A stretch of DNA of 64,000 nucleotides, from positions 6,337-70,336 of the forward strand of contig CAZPGQ010000002.1 in assembly GCA_964586695.1 (NCBI GenBank). The letters are read 5' to 3'. The notes under the pieces were generated by a model, which worked only from the letters and a program-made list of their open reading frames with translations, searched no databases and was not told where the DNA came from. The translations under genes were made by a program, and so were the position numbers. The DNA comes from an uncultured Candidatus Saccharibacteria bacterium (lineage in GTDB: Bacteria > Patescibacteriota > Minisyncoccia > Phycocordibacterales > DATDWN01). This document shows positions 1 to 10,809 of this stretch, one piece after another; position 1 is the stretch's first letter; each line of letters starts with the position of its first letter.

Positions 1-3000
1 ACAGCTCCTCCGGTTGCACTCACTGCTCCAGTTGCATATGAATAATTTTCTATGATTCCACCACCAGCTCCCGCAGCAGTTCCGTTTGAACCAATAAGTC
101 CGCCAGCATATGCTGCACCGCCGGCTCCTGTAGCACCACCGGCACCACCCACTCCTCCGATTGAAGCTGTTCCACCTGCACCTCCAGCAACACCATTTGC
201 TCCGTTACCACTAGCACCACCGGTCGCAGTCACTGCTCGCGTAGAATAATTTGTAGTAATTTGTAAGTTATTACTTGCAGTGTTTGTTGTCTGTGCAACA
301 AGTCCACCAGCGTATGCTGCGCCTCCGGCTGAACTCGCACCACTCGCACCTGTTGCACCTCCAACTCCAGATCCTCCAGAAGCTGAACTACCAGCACTTC
401 CGCCAACACCTGATACACCTCCTGTTGCACTTACAGAACTAGTAATAGAATAATTATCTAGATAGTGAATAAATCCTGTTGTAACACTCGCAAGAGCAAC
501 AAGCCCACCTGCATCTGCTTCACCGCCAATTCCTCCCGCACCTCCTGCACCACCGGCGCCACCTATTGTTCCCCCTGTTGCACCTGCGCCTCCAGTACTA
601 CCAACAGCACCAACTCCACCTTGTGCACTGACAACTCCGGTTGAATATGAATTTGCAATACTACTGCCCGCAGGTGTTGTTGTAATTCTATGAATGCCAA
701 TAAGTCCACCTGCATATGCCGCACCGCCTGCTGGTGGAGTTCCAACTGCAGCTCCTCCTGCGCCCCCAGTAGCACCTGAAGCTGAAGATCCTCCTGCACC
801 AGAAGTTCCCTGAGTACCTGCATTTCCGCCAGTTGCACTAACACTGCCAGTTGCATAGTTAGAAAGATAGTCAATTGATCCAGTTGTTAAGTTGGATAAA
901 CCAATCAATCCACCTGCATCTGCTTCACCACCAACACCAGCGACTCCTCCCAATCCCCCGGCGGATCCTGTGTGAGTAGAACTTCCAGTTGAGCCATCAC
1001 CACCAGTACCACCTGTACCACCATTTCCACCCGTGCCACCCACAACACTGACATTACCAGTTGCATAAACATTTGAAATTCTCATTACTTGTGTAGTACC
1101 CGTGATACGACCAACCAACCCTCCTCCATATGTCGCGGCACCGGCACCACCATTTCCACCAACACCAGCAACAGCTGCCGTACCACTCGACTGACTTGCT
1201 CCTGATGTTCCACCAGCACCACCATTTCCACCATTACCACCAGTACCGCCTGTAACAGAAATATTTATATTTGAATATGAAGTATCTTGAATCGAACCAA
1301 GTGTTGATAGATAATCACCAACAAGTCCGCCGTATGCACGAATACCACCGGCACCTCCTGCGCCACCAACTGCACCAACACCACCGTTAAATGCACCAAC
1401 TCCTGTTCCTCCATTTCCGCCAGTACCACCATTACCTCCTGCCTGCTCACTTCCAGAAATACTTAAGTTAGTTGCGTATGAAGATGTAATAACACCAGAA
1501 CTAAATCCAATTAGACCACCCACAAACGCACCAGAAGATGCGCCTCCAACACCAAGTGTTGCAACAGCACCAGCTCCACCAGCACTTCCACCTGCTTTTC
1601 CTGAACCACCATTACCAGCATTACCACCATTTCCTGGAGTTCCACCTGTCACAGAGATATTACCTGTTCCCGCGCCGGCATCATAGCTGGCGTAAGAAGA
1701 AATAACATCTGCTGTTGCGTATCCCGCTAGACCTCCTGCATAAACAACTCCTGAAGCACCACCAGTACCAGGAACACTTCCGGCAACACCAGTACCTGAT
1801 GAACCTGAAATACCATTTGCACCGTTTGCCCCAGTACCGCCTGTTAATGTAAGTGTTGTTTTTGAATATGATCCATCTTGGATAACACCAGTGCTGTATC
1901 CAACAAGACCGCCAGCATAAACAGCACCACCTGCACCACCGTTTGATCCCGCTCCACCAATACCGTTAAGCGCTGTACCTGTACCAGTACCACCAGCACC
2001 ACCAAGCGCAGAAGCACCACCCGTACCACCAGTCGCTGTTACAGTTCCTGTTTTTGCATAACTATTTGTAATTGTTCCTAAAACATTTTGACCCGCAAGT
2101 CCCCCCGCTTGAACTGATGCTGCAAGAGTAATCGCACCAGCACCTCCGGCACCTGCTGCACCACCCACTCCACCAGCGTGGTTAGTTCCAGCAGAACCAT
2201 CTCCACCAACACCACCCACTCCTCCTGCACCTCCATTTCCACCAACAGCTGTAACACTAGTTGTTGCATATGAATCTGTAATACTTGCAGATAATGCAGT
2301 TACTCCATTTCTTCCAACAAGTCCTCCGACTGAAACTGCACCTCCGACACCACCCGCAGCACCAGCACCACCCGTCGCTGCAGTACCATTTGTAATTGTT
2401 CCAGACGCGCCCGCCGCACCACCAGCCCCACCCACGCCACCATTTCCACTTGTTGCAGTAACTGCTCCACCAATATGATAAGAATTTAATATATGTGAAG
2501 TATTATCACCAACAAGTCCACCAGTGAAGTTTACACCACCTGCACCACCCACTGTTCCTACAGTTCCTGCAGTTCCTGCTGAAGAAGATCCTCCCGCGCC
2601 TCCTGCGCCGCCGGCACCAGAATTTCCTCCGTTTCCAGATGTTCCTGTCACTGCACCGGTAGATGATGCATGAGAAATATTTCCTGTGGTTACAAGACCC
2701 ACAAGTCCACCTGTGTATGATGCACCGCCAAGACCTCCTGCGCCGCCGGCACCACCAGCACCACCCACTTGCGATGCACCACCTGTTGCACCTGCACCAC
2801 CCGCACCAGCATTACCTCCATTTCCTGCAACAACAGTAACATTACCTGTTGAATATGATGATTCAATCGAAACTCCAGTGTTTGTAAACCCAACAAGTCC
2901 ACCACCATATGCAAAACCTCCTGCTCCACCCGCACCACCTATGCCTCCTGCACCTCCAGCAACTGCACTTATAGCATTACTACCTACCCCACCGATACCA

Positions 3001-6000
3001 CCGGCACCACCTGTGTCTCCGGTAATTGTTACATTTCCTGTAGCATAAGAATCCTTTAATACAACTCCAGCTCCTGAAATAGAACCAATAAGACCTCCTG
3101 CATTTGATGCTGTTGCTTGAGTAATACCTCCAGCACCGCCGGCACCTCCAGAACTTCCAGCTGCACCGTTTACACCAGCAACTCCAGATCCTCCTGTGCC
3201 ACCTGTATCAGCATTGACAACAACATTATTGGTAGAAAATAGGTTATTGATATAAGCAACAGCAGAGTTACCCCCCAAAGCTCCTCCAACAAAAAGTGCA
3301 CCTGTTGCACCGCCGGCACCTCCAGCACCTCCTACTCCATTTCTTCCACTTCCTGAACCACCTGAACCACCAGCGCCACCTGAACCACCGTTTGCACCTC
3401 CACCACCAGAAGTAGCGGTAATCGTACCACCCTCACTACTTGAATTTGCAATATTTCCGTTCCCTTGACCAACAAGACCTCCTAAATATAAGTTTCCACT
3501 TGCTCCACCCGCTCCACCGGCACCACCAACTCCACCAGTGTGACCACCAGTTCCACTTGCACCGTTTCCTCCTGCGCCGCCGGCACCACCAGCACCACCA
3601 TCAACATTACTACTTGTAATATCTCCTACTACAATTGAATTATTTATAAGTCCTGGATTATCTCCTGCAAGTCCTCCTATATATGTTGCGCCTCCTGCGC
3701 CGCCGGCACCACCAGCACCACCTGTTGCTCCAGCACTTCCAGAAATATTACCGGATGCTCCAGCATTACCTCCGTTTCCACCAACACCTGGTGTTCCACC
3801 TGAGACAGTGATAGTAGTAATTGTATAATTGGTATTTCTAATAACACCAGTATTTGAACCGGCTATACCTCCACCATACCCCGCACCACCGGCACCACCA
3901 GCGCCTCCTACACCACCGGCACCACCTATTGCACCCGTAGAACTACCGCCCGCACCACCATTACCACCTGCACCACCATTACCACCTGCTCCACCTGCTG
4001 AATTAACCGTTCCTGTATTATTTGCAATATTAATTGTTCCTGCTATGACACCATTCCAACCCATAACACCCCCTGCATACGAGGCTCCTCCAGCACCTCC
4101 TGCACCTGCAGCTACTCCGGCAACACCAACAACTCCAGCGCCACTATTACCTCCATTTCCTGCATTTCCACCAGCACCACCAGCACCACCTGTTGCAGAA
4201 ACATTACCATTTGCATAAACATCTGATGCAACAGCACCAACACTAAATCCAATAAGTCCACCTGCTGCACCAACACCACCAACAGTTCCGACACCACCCG
4301 CAATACCAGTTCCTCCAGTAAATGCACCAGTTGATGTTCCTCCATTTGCGCCCGTAGCACCATTTGCACCTGCACCACCCGTTGCTGTTGCATTACCTGT
4401 TGCATAAGAACCTTGCACACTTCCATTTGTAGAATTAAATCCGATAAGCCCACCAGCATATCCAACACCTCCAAGGTTTGTTGCAGTAGCACCAGCTGCT
4501 CCACCAGCACCTCCAGCAGATGTTGCTCTATCACCACCAACACCACCACCACCATTCGCTCCACCGGCACCTCCAGTTGCTATCGCATTTCCAGTAGAAT
4601 ATGTCTCATGTATAGAACCTGTATTCATACCAACTGCTCCACCAGAATATCCAGCTGCTCCAACAACACCGGCACCTCCCACACCTCCAGCAGCACCCAC
4701 ACCTCCAGCTCCACCAGTCCCACCGATACCAGATGATCCTCCTGTTGAAGTAACAACAATATCAGCATATGAATCATTCACCACTCCAGCAGAATTAAAT
4801 GCAACAAGACCGCCTGCATATCCAATACCACCAGCACCGCTCGCACCACCTGTTCCACCCGCTGCACCAAGAGCTCCAGTACCACCGATACCACCAGCAC
4901 CACCTGTTGCACCTGTTCCACCATTACTACCGATTGAAGTAACAGAACCAGTTTCAAAATTTACCGAAGTTATACTTGCAGTATTTAAACCAGCAATACC
5001 ACCTGAATATGCAACTGCACCCGCACCTCCTGCTCCACCTGTAGCTCCTGCAGCACCAGTACTTGAAGCACCACCAGAAACATTACTGCCACCAAGACCC
5101 GCTGAACCACCATTCGCACCAGCAGATGCTGTTGCAGTTATTGTTCCACTTGCATAAGAATTAATAATTGTGTTTGTGTTGTTACCAACAACTCCAGATG
5201 CATACGCAATGGCACCAGCACCACCCGTGCCTCCAGTACCTCCTACTGCTCCTGCTCCAACAAAGGTTCCCACTGACGCACCTCCGGTACCACCGGAACC
5301 ACCAACCTGTGCAGTTCCTCCAAGTGAAGTAACATTACCTGTTGAATACGAAGTATCTTGAATCACACCAGCACTTTGTCCTGCTACACCTCCTGCAGTA
5401 GCAACACCACCAGCGCCTCCTGCTCCAGCAGCAGCACCAATACCACCCGCAAAGTTTGTTCCACCAACACCGCCAGTTCCTCCATTTCCAGCAGAACCAC
5501 CTGCACCACCAGTAACAAAAACATTTCCAGTATTGTAACTACTAGTAACTGTTCCTAGAATAATCTGTCCAACTACTCCTCCACCAAATGCTGCACCTCC
5601 TGCTCCACCAGCAGCTCCAGTCGATCCTGCTCCACCAGTGTTTGAAGTTCCCGCTCCACCATTCCCCCCGTTACCTCCGAGTCCACCAACACCACCAGTT
5701 GATGTAGCAATACCTGTTGAATATGAATTTTGAATTTCTCCGTTGTTAAGGTACCCAACAACACCACCTGCATAAGCGATACCACCTGCAGCTCCCGCTG
5801 AACCCGCAATACCAGCTACACCTGTTGTGAAAGTGTATCCATTACCACCATTTGCACCTGCTCCACCAGCACCAGATGTTCCTTCTACATTACTTGTTGA
5901 ATATGAGTCAGAAATTGTAGTTCCTGTATTGTGTCCAACAACTCCTCCCGCATAAATAATTCCTCCAACTGTTGCAGCACCAGCTGCACCTTGTGTTCCA

Positions 6001-9000
6001 CCTGTCCATGCACCACCAGCACCACCTGCGCCAGCAGATCCTCCTGCACCAGCTACACCAACTACACTACCGGTAGTATGGTAACTTTCTCTAACTGACA
6101 ACGTGCTGTTACCTGCAATTCCTCCAATATATAAAACTCCAGCTGCACCTCCAGTTCCGCCAGCAATACCAGCAAGTCCGTTCTGGGCCGCCACACCTGT
6201 GGCTCCTGCACCACCTGCACCACCAGTGCCAGACACAGCATTTGTAGAAGATGCAAATGCATTAACACCAAGATTACTTGCAACAACACCTCCAACATAT
6301 GCAGTACCACCAGCTCCACCTGCACCAGATGCACCCCCGGCACCAGATGTTCCCGCTGATCCCTTTGCACCACCGGATCCTCCAGTACCCCCAACTCCTC
6401 CAACTCCACCGACGACACTAACTAGTCCAGTCGTTGAATTTACATATCTAATCGCTCCATTATTTAATCCAACCAAGCCACCTGAATATGCTCCACCACC
6501 AGCACCACCAACAGACCCAGCTCCACCAGCACCACCTGTACCTGTAGTAGTAAGTGAAGCACTACCACCTGCTCCACCCGTAGTACCATTTTTACCCGCA
6601 GATCCTGTTGCCGTTACAACACCACTAGCGTAAACTTCTAAAGTTTCGCCTGAAATAATTCCTGATATACCATTTTGAGCAACGAGTCCTCCAGCGTATG
6701 CGATTGCTCCAGCACCACCAGCACCTCCAGTCGCAGTTGCACCAGATGCACCAGCAGCCACTGAACCCGCGGCAGAAGCACCACCCGCACTTCCCGCTGA
6801 ACCGTTACCTGGTGTACCACCAGTTGCCTGGACAACTCCTGTTGCATAACTTCCATTTTCAATAGTTCCTGAATTGTTTCCAACTAATCCACCTGCATAC
6901 GAAACACCACCAATTCCTCCAGCGGCACCGGCACCACCAATTCCTCCAATATTTGATCCTCCACCACCAGTTCCTGCATTACCCCCAGTACCAGATGTTC
7001 CTGCATTACCACCTGCACCACCTAGCGCAGTAACTTCTCCAGTAGTGAAAGAGGAACTCACTGTCCCGGCTTGTATCCATCCTACAAGTCCTCCAACATA
7101 AGAAACGCCTCCGGCTCCAGCTACTGCAGCTGCACCGCCTGCTCCACCAATTCCAGTTCCAACTCCAGTGACTGATCCATTTCCTCCATTTCCTGCATTT
7201 CCACTTGCACCTCCTGCTCCACCAGTACCAATAATTGTTGCCGTACTTGTTGCAGTTGCAATACTTCCTTGTTGTGAATATCCAACTACACCTCCCACAT
7301 ACACAGTACCGCCAATTGCAGCGGCATTACTAACAGCTGAACCACCTAAACCACCAGTGTTCGTCCCAGTTGTAGTGTTTCCACCGTTACCGCCAGCACC
7401 TCCTGCACCACCAGCACCTCCTGCACCAGTAACACTTCCCGCAACTCCAACATTTGTAATTGTTCCTGTGTTATATCCAACCAAACCACCGAGATATAAA
7501 ACACTACCCGCAGTACCAGCACCACCGTTAGTACCCGCAGTTGGTGATGCTCCATCCGATCCAGCTGAACCAGTACTACCTACAGTTCCCGCGGTACTTG
7601 TTGCACTAACAGATAAACCAGAAAGATATACATTTTGAATAAGGTTTGTTGAATATCCAAAAATTCCCACATAACTTGATGTCGTTGTGGCAATAAATAA
7701 ATTGCTTATGGTGAAATTATTTCCATCAAAAATTCCTGTAAATGTATTAACAGTTGAATTGCCCACTGGATCAAAACCGGCTCCAGAGTTCCAACCAGTT
7801 GTATTTGTGGCATCTATGTTGTTGTTTAATTTATAAGAACTTGATGTCGCAGTTTTCATTCCCTGTAGTCCATACACATCATAAATTATGAAAGGGTCTG
7901 TACTTATACCCAATCCGGTATATCGACGAAATGTACCTGCGCTTACAGAAAAACTTCCTGTCACGGTTAATGTATTTGTTTCAGGATTGGTCGCTGTAAA
8001 TGTCGCTGCAGATGTCTGAGAATAATTTCCAGACTGGCCACCAGAGTTTGTAATTGTAAGATCTTCACTTTGAACAATTGTCCCTGTATATCCACTGATA
8101 GTGATTGAGCCTGCAGTCGCAGAAGTATCTATGGTAATTACAGAAGATGCAGATCCAGAACTTGCATCAAAAAATACCGCAGTTGTTGCATCTGGAATAC
8201 CACCAAAACTTCCAGCCACACCGTTAGAAGATGCAGCCCATTTGTTTGAATCAGACCAATTTCCAGTACCTCCCACCCAGTAAGCATTTGGGTCAGTGAT
8301 GTAGTCTATCTCAATATTACCAATAATCTTTAAATCAAAAACTGCTGTCGGATTTATAAGCCCATTAAGAACTAGACTGTATCTTCCGTCACTACCGATT
8401 GTCGCAAAAGTTCCAACGTATGTACCATCAATTGTATAAACTTCTACCGTTACGGGAGAGCTGGAGCTAGCAGGTCGAGCAAACAATGTAATGTCACGTG
8501 TATTATCCAAAAGATGTTCAAATGTAACTCGCACATACTGCCCATCTAAAATACTCACATAATTTTGATCACGTGTTTTAACTAAATCATAAATATCCTC
8601 AATAACATTTTTAGCACTGTCCAATCTCATAGCATTTGAAATTAAAATAATTTCAAAAATCTGTGTAGACAAATGTGGAACTATCCATGCTACGTGATCT
8701 ATGTAACCGTTTCCATCTTCATCAGTTGCAACAAATTGCATTTCCTGAGCTCCGTTATTTTTCCACTGAATTTTAATTTTACTTTCATCACCCACTTTAA
8801 AAATTTCTGGTATAGCAGTTTGAACTGGAATGTTTATCATCGGTGTAATCAACTCCTGTTCCGGTGTTGCTGAAACTACTACTGTTTTTCCATTCTCTGA
8901 AATTTGCTCAACGATTGTTGGAATTTCTATTTGTGAAGATTGCGAACCTCCACCAGAAAGTGAATCATGGGTTTCAACTGAAGTTGTAGAATTCTGACTT

Positions 9001-9449
9001 ATAATATTTTCAGTAGAAGTTGAAACCTGTTCTTCGTTTAAAATTAAAACTGAAGTTGAGGTTGAAAATTGACCTTCATCTAAAACCGAATCAGAGTCAA
9101 GAATATTTTCATTATTTGAAATTTCATCCGTAGTTGTAGCAACAGAAATTTCTGTTGCTGTGGAATTTTGAATCTGCGTATCTATCTCAACTTGATTCTC
9201 GATTAGCGGATCTGCTGCCTGCTCAATATTTTCTTCAACAAGAATTGAAGGTTCAGTTATTTCTGGGATAGGCAATTCTGGAACTGCAGGCACTTCAGGA
9301 GCCACAACCTCTATTGGATCCACCTGGACCAATACTTCATTATCAGCATGGAGCTCCAATGGCAGCGCGACAAAGGCAAGTAGAAAAAATATCACTAAAG
9401 TATTTTTAGTGAAATATAATTTTAAATTTTTTATCCGTTCAAAAAACAT
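1..9449 (-). CDS. Giant secreted glycine-rich GLUG-repeat surface protein. 5'-partial (ORF runs off the left window edge), >3100 aa in window.
   Basis: Minus-strand ATG at 9449 encodes signal peptide MFFERIKNLKLYFTKNTLVIFFLLAFVALPLELHA. About 600 aa of non-repeat N-terminus follows, with GLUG-like stretches (GIFGYSTNLIQNVYLSGLSVSAT). Then about 7.6 kb of degenerate repeats of the form AGGLIG..ITNSYATGSVSA.GG separated by G/A/T/S linkers (e.g. ANGVAGGAGGTASIGGVGGAGGATGAGGAAYAGG read from revcomp of 100-200). No ORF ending at 9449 is listed in the track, so the frame stays open to the window edge. Confidence 0.8.
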   Translation of the reverse strand, partial: MFFERIKNLKLYFTKNTLVIFFLLAFVALPLELHADNEVLVQVDPIEVVAPEVPAVPELPIPEITEPSILVEENIEQAADPLIENQVEIDTQIQNSTATEISVATTTDEISNNENILDSDSVLDEGQFSTSTSVLILNEEQVSTSTENIISQNSTTSVETHDSLSGGGSQSSQIEIPTIVEQISENGKTVVVSATPEQELITPMINIPVQTAIPEIFKVGDESKIKIQWKNNGAQEMQFVATDEDGNGYIDHVAWIVPHLSTQIFEIILISNAMRLDSAKNVIEDIYDLVKTRDQNYVSILDGQYVRVTFEHLLDNTRDITLFARPASSSSPVTVEVYTIDGTYVGTFATIGSDGRYSLVLNGLINPTAVFDLKIIGNIEIDYITDPNAYWVGGTGNWSDSNKWAASSNGVAGSFGGIPDATTAVFFDASSGSASSVITIDTSATAGSITISGYTGTIVQSEDLTITNSGGQSGNYSQTSAATFTATNPETNTLTVTGSFSVSAGTFRRYTGLGISTDPFIIYDVYGLQGMKTATSSSYKLNNNIDATNTTGWNSGAGFDPVGNSTVNTFTGIFDGNNFTISNLFIATTTSSYVGIFGYSTNLIQNVYLSGLSVSATSTAGTVGSTGSAGSDGASPTAGTNGGAGTAGSVLYLGGLVGYNTGTITNVGVAGSVTGAGGAGGAGGAGGNGGNTTTGTNTGGLGGSAVSNAAAIGGTVYVGGVVGYSQQGSIATATSTATIIGTGGAGGASGNAGNGGNGSVTGVGTGIGGAGGAAAVAGAGGVSYVGGLVGWIQAGTVSSSFTTGEVTALGGAGGNAGTSGTGGNAGTGGGGSNIGGIGGAGAAGGIGGVSYAGGLVGNNSGTIENGSYATGVVQATGGTPGNGSAGSAGGASAAGSVAAGASGATATGGAGGAGAIAYAGGLVAQNGISGIISGETLEVYASGVVTATGSAGKNGTTGGAGGSASLTTTGTGGAGGAGSVGGAGGGAYSGGLVGLNNGAIRYVNSTTGLVSVVGGVGGVGGTGGSGGAKGSAGTSGAGGASGAGGAGGTAYVGGVVASNLGVNAFASSTNAVSGTGGAGGAGATGVAAQNGLAGIAGGTGGAAGVLYIGGIAGNSTLSVRESYHTTGSVVGVAGAGGSAGAGGAGGAWTGGTQGAAGAATVGGIIYAGGVVGHNTGTTISDSYSTSNVEGTSGAGGAGANGGNGYTFTTGVAGIAGSAGAAGGIAYAGGVVGYLNNGEIQNSYSTGIATSTGGVGGLGGNGGNGGAGTSNTGGAGSTGAAGGAGGAAFGGGVVGQIILGTVTSSYNTGNVFVTGGAGGSAGNGGTGGVGGTNFAGGIGAAAGAGGAGGVATAGGVAGQSAGVIQDTSYSTGNVTSLGGTAQVGGSGGTGGASVGTFVGAGAVGGTGGTGGAGAIAYASGVVGNNTNTIINSYASGTITATASAGANGGSAGLGGSNVSGGASSTGAAGATGGAGGAGAVAYSGGIAGLNTASITSVNFETGSVTSIGSNGGTGATGGAGGIGGTGALGAAGGTGGASGAGGIGYAGGLVAFNSAGVVNDSYADIVVTSTGGSSGIGGTGGAGGVGAAGGVGGAGVVGAAGYSGGAVGMNTGSIHETYSTGNAIATGGAGGANGGGGVGGDRATSAGGAGGAAGATATNLGGVGYAGGLIGFNSTNGSVQGSYATGNATATGGAGANGATGANGGTSTGAFTGGTGIAGGVGTVGGVGAAGGLIGFSVGAVASDVYANGNVSATGGAGGAGGNAGNGGNSGAGVVGVAGVAAGAGGAGGASYAGGVMGWNGVIAGTINIANNTGTVNSAGGAGGNGGAGGNGGAGGSSTGAIGGAGGVGGAGGAGGAGYGGGIAGSNTGVIRNTNYTITTITVSGGTPGVGGNGGNAGASGNISGSAGATGGAGGAGGAGGATYIGGLAGDNPGLINNSIVVGDITSSNVDGGAGGAGGAGGNGASGTGGHTGGVGGAGGAGGASGNLYLGGLVGQGNGNIANSSSEGGTITATSGGGGANGGSGGAGGSGGSGSGRNGVGGAGGAGGATGALFVGGALGGNSAVAYINNLFSTNNVVVNADTGGTGGSGVAGVNGAAGSSGGAGGAGGITQATASNAGGLIGSISGAGVVLKDSYATGNVTITGDTGGAGGIGGVGSNAISAVAGGAGGIGGAGGAGGFAYGGGLVGFTNTGVSIESSYSTGNVTVVAGNGGNAGAGGAGATGGASQVGGAGGAGGAGGLGGASYTGGLVGLVTTGNISHASSTGAVTGTSGNGGNSGAGGAGGAGGSSSAGTAGTVGTVGGAGGVNFTGGLVGDNTSHILNSYHIGGAVTATSGNGGVGGAGGAAGASGTITNGTAATGGAGAAGGVGGAVSVGGLVGRNGVTALSASITDSYATTSVTAVGGNGGAGGVGGVGGDGSAGTNHAGGVGGAAGAGGAGAITLAASVQAGGLAGQNVLGTITNSYAKTGTVTATGGTGGASALGGAGGTGTGTALNGIGGAGSNGGAGGAVYAGGLVGYSTGVIQDGSYSKTTLTLTGGTGANGANGISGSSGTGVAGSVPGTGGASGVVYAGGLAGYATADVISSYASYDAGAGTGNISVTGGTPGNGGNAGNGGSGKAGGSAGGAGAVATLGVGGASSGAFVGGLIGFSSGVITSSYATNLSISGSEQAGGNGGTGGNGGTGVGAFNGGVGAVGGAGGAGGIRAYGGLVGDYLSTLGSIQDTSYSNINISVTGGTGGNGGNGGAGGTSGASQSSGTAAVAGVGGNGGAGAATYGGGLVGRITGTTQVMRISNVYATGNVSVVGGTGGNGGTGGTGGDGSTGSSTHTGSAGGLGGVAGVGGEADAGGLIGLSNLTTGSIDYLSNYATGSVSATGGNAGTQGTSGAGGSSASGATGGAGGAAVGTPPAGGAAYAGGLIGIHRITTTPAGSSIANSYSTGVVSAQGGVGAVGSTGGAGATGGTIGGAGGAGGAGGIGGEADAGGLVALASVTTGFIHYLDNYSITSSVSATGGVSGVGGSAGSSASGGSGVGGATGASGASSAGGAAYAGGLVAQTTNTASNNLQITTNYSTRAVTATGGASGNGANGVAGGAGGTASIGGVGGAGGATGAGGAAYAGGLIGSNGTAAGAGGGIIENYSYATGAVSATGGA

Positions 9450-9903
9450 AGATTATTATTAATAATTTTAACAAACAGATTTTTTTATGTATATGAAAAA
9501 TGATTATATTTTTAGTCATATTCTTCTACTAAACTTTTTAATTTTATTAGTATTTTTTCACAGAAAAAATAGCTAGCTTTTTGCGGGAAAACAATTTAAA
9601 AATCAGCATTAACTATCCAATGAAATATTAGATTTGAAAATAATACTTGCATGAAACATCTACCCAGACGAAGCCATCACCTTTAAATTTATTATCGATA
9701 GAAATAGAAAATGTTTTTATGTATTTATATATACTATATTATTGGGCCGACACATTAATAAACCTTGATAATGATATATACGAAATTGACTATTTTATCT
9801 ATATTTATAGCTCCACTAGTTTAAAATTTATATTTTACTTGTAGATTTAATTTTTTGGTAAAAGTATGCCTAATTTAAATCTGTGTAACATTTTTGATTT
9901 TTG

Positions 9904-9974
9904 AGCCAAGAATGAGAATCGAACTCATGTTCCTGCTTTACGAAAGCAGTGTTCTACCACTGAACTACCCTGGC
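9904..9974 (-). tRNA. tRNA-Thr (anticodon CGU)
   Basis: Cloverleaf on minus strand: acceptor gccaggg/tcttggc (2 GU pairs), anticodon stem ctgct/agcag, loop ttCGTaa, T arm atgag-ttcgatt-ctcat. No encoded CCA. Confidence 0.75.
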
Positions 9975-10056
9975 TAATGAATACAATATAGTTCCAAAAT
10001 ATTGTATGTACCAAATTAAGTTATCCACAATCAAACTTAAAATTTGTTTAATTTTG

Positions 10057-10128
10057 AGCCGCTGGCGGGAATCGGACCCGCGCTCTCCGTCTTACCAAGA
10101 CGGTGCTTTACCACTAAGCCACAACGGC
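10057..10128 (-). tRNA. tRNA-Thr (anticodon GGU)
   Basis: Minus strand: acceptor gccgttg/cagcggc, anticodon stem ccgtc/gacgg, loop ttGGTaa, T arm gcggg-ttcgatt-cccgc. Confidence 0.75.
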
Positions 10129-10152
10129 ATTCGAACAATATAACACATAGTT

Positions 10153-10782
10153 TTATTTTTGGTCATACTCCTTTATCTTCCCCATTTCTATTTCTATCTT
10201 ATCCGCTTTCCTTAAATTTTTAATTTGTTTTTTTGTGAGTATTTGGTGGTGAGTTATTTTATCTAAATATTCTGGTATCTCAAAAAGATCGACTTCTGAT
10301 GTTCTCCAATTTATTTTATTAAAATGATTGAGATCAAAAGGATCAGAATATTCTCTCAAAGTTTTCAGACCATTATTGTTCAAAAAATATTCGTGAAAAT
10401 ACGACATTACCAACTCTCTTATGCTTTTATATACTGGCTCTCTGTACCTCAAAACTCCATGATTTGTTTTTGATATAGCTCCATAAAAACCCTCCTCATT
10501 CCAAATAGCAACGACATGGTCGTAGTCAAAAGGTTTTTTGGATGACCTCAAATCAAGTACTAGTGGTTTGAAACCATGATGTTCCAAAATTGCTGAAGCT
10601 AGTAACGCACCTTCCATGCAATGAGCTTTGTTCTCCAAAAGCACGCTTCTTGGAGACATACAGGTCTCACCTTTTTTTTCAAAATTAAAAGGTATTTTAT
10701 TCAAAAAATCTTGAATCTTTGCTGGTGTATTCAGTTTCTTAAATAATTTTTCTTCAGTTTTTGTATAACCAAAATTGTTCAT
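10153..10782 (-). CDS. Hypothetical protein with conserved Cys/His-containing core (CMSPRS...HCMEGALLASAILEHHGF...DYDH). Possible transglutaminase/papain-like fold, function unknown.
   Basis: 209-aa ORF with clean start. Motif recognition only. Confidence 0.5.
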   Translation of the reverse strand: MNNFGYTKTEEKLFKKLNTPAKIQDFLNKIPFNFEKKGETCMSPRSVLLENKAHCMEGALLASAILEHHGFKPLVLDLRSSKKPFDYDHVVAIWNEEGFYGAISKTNHGVLRYREPVYKSIRELVMSYFHEYFLNNNGLKTLREYSDPFDLNHFNKINWRTSEVDLFEIPEYLDKITHHQILTKKQIKNLRKADKIEIEMGKIKEYDQK

Positions 10783-10809
10783 ATATAGAACAATTTTAAC
10801 ATAAACAGA

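Noticed and set aside
52-7638. Numerous plus-strand Pro/Ala-rich ORFs (e.g. 52-249, 2686-3048, 3829-4218, 6103-6633, 7168-7638) and minus-strand Gln/Leu/Val-rich ORFs (e.g. 563-874, 4112-4570)
   Set aside because: They are the antisense and +1 frames of the giant Gly-rich repeat gene (cca/cca/gca on plus equals ggt/gct/gga on minus). Compositional artefacts, not genes.
9647-9844. 65-aa ORF in the AT-rich region upstream of the giant gene
   Set aside because: Extremely AT-rich low-complexity translation in a promoter/leader region. No RBS.
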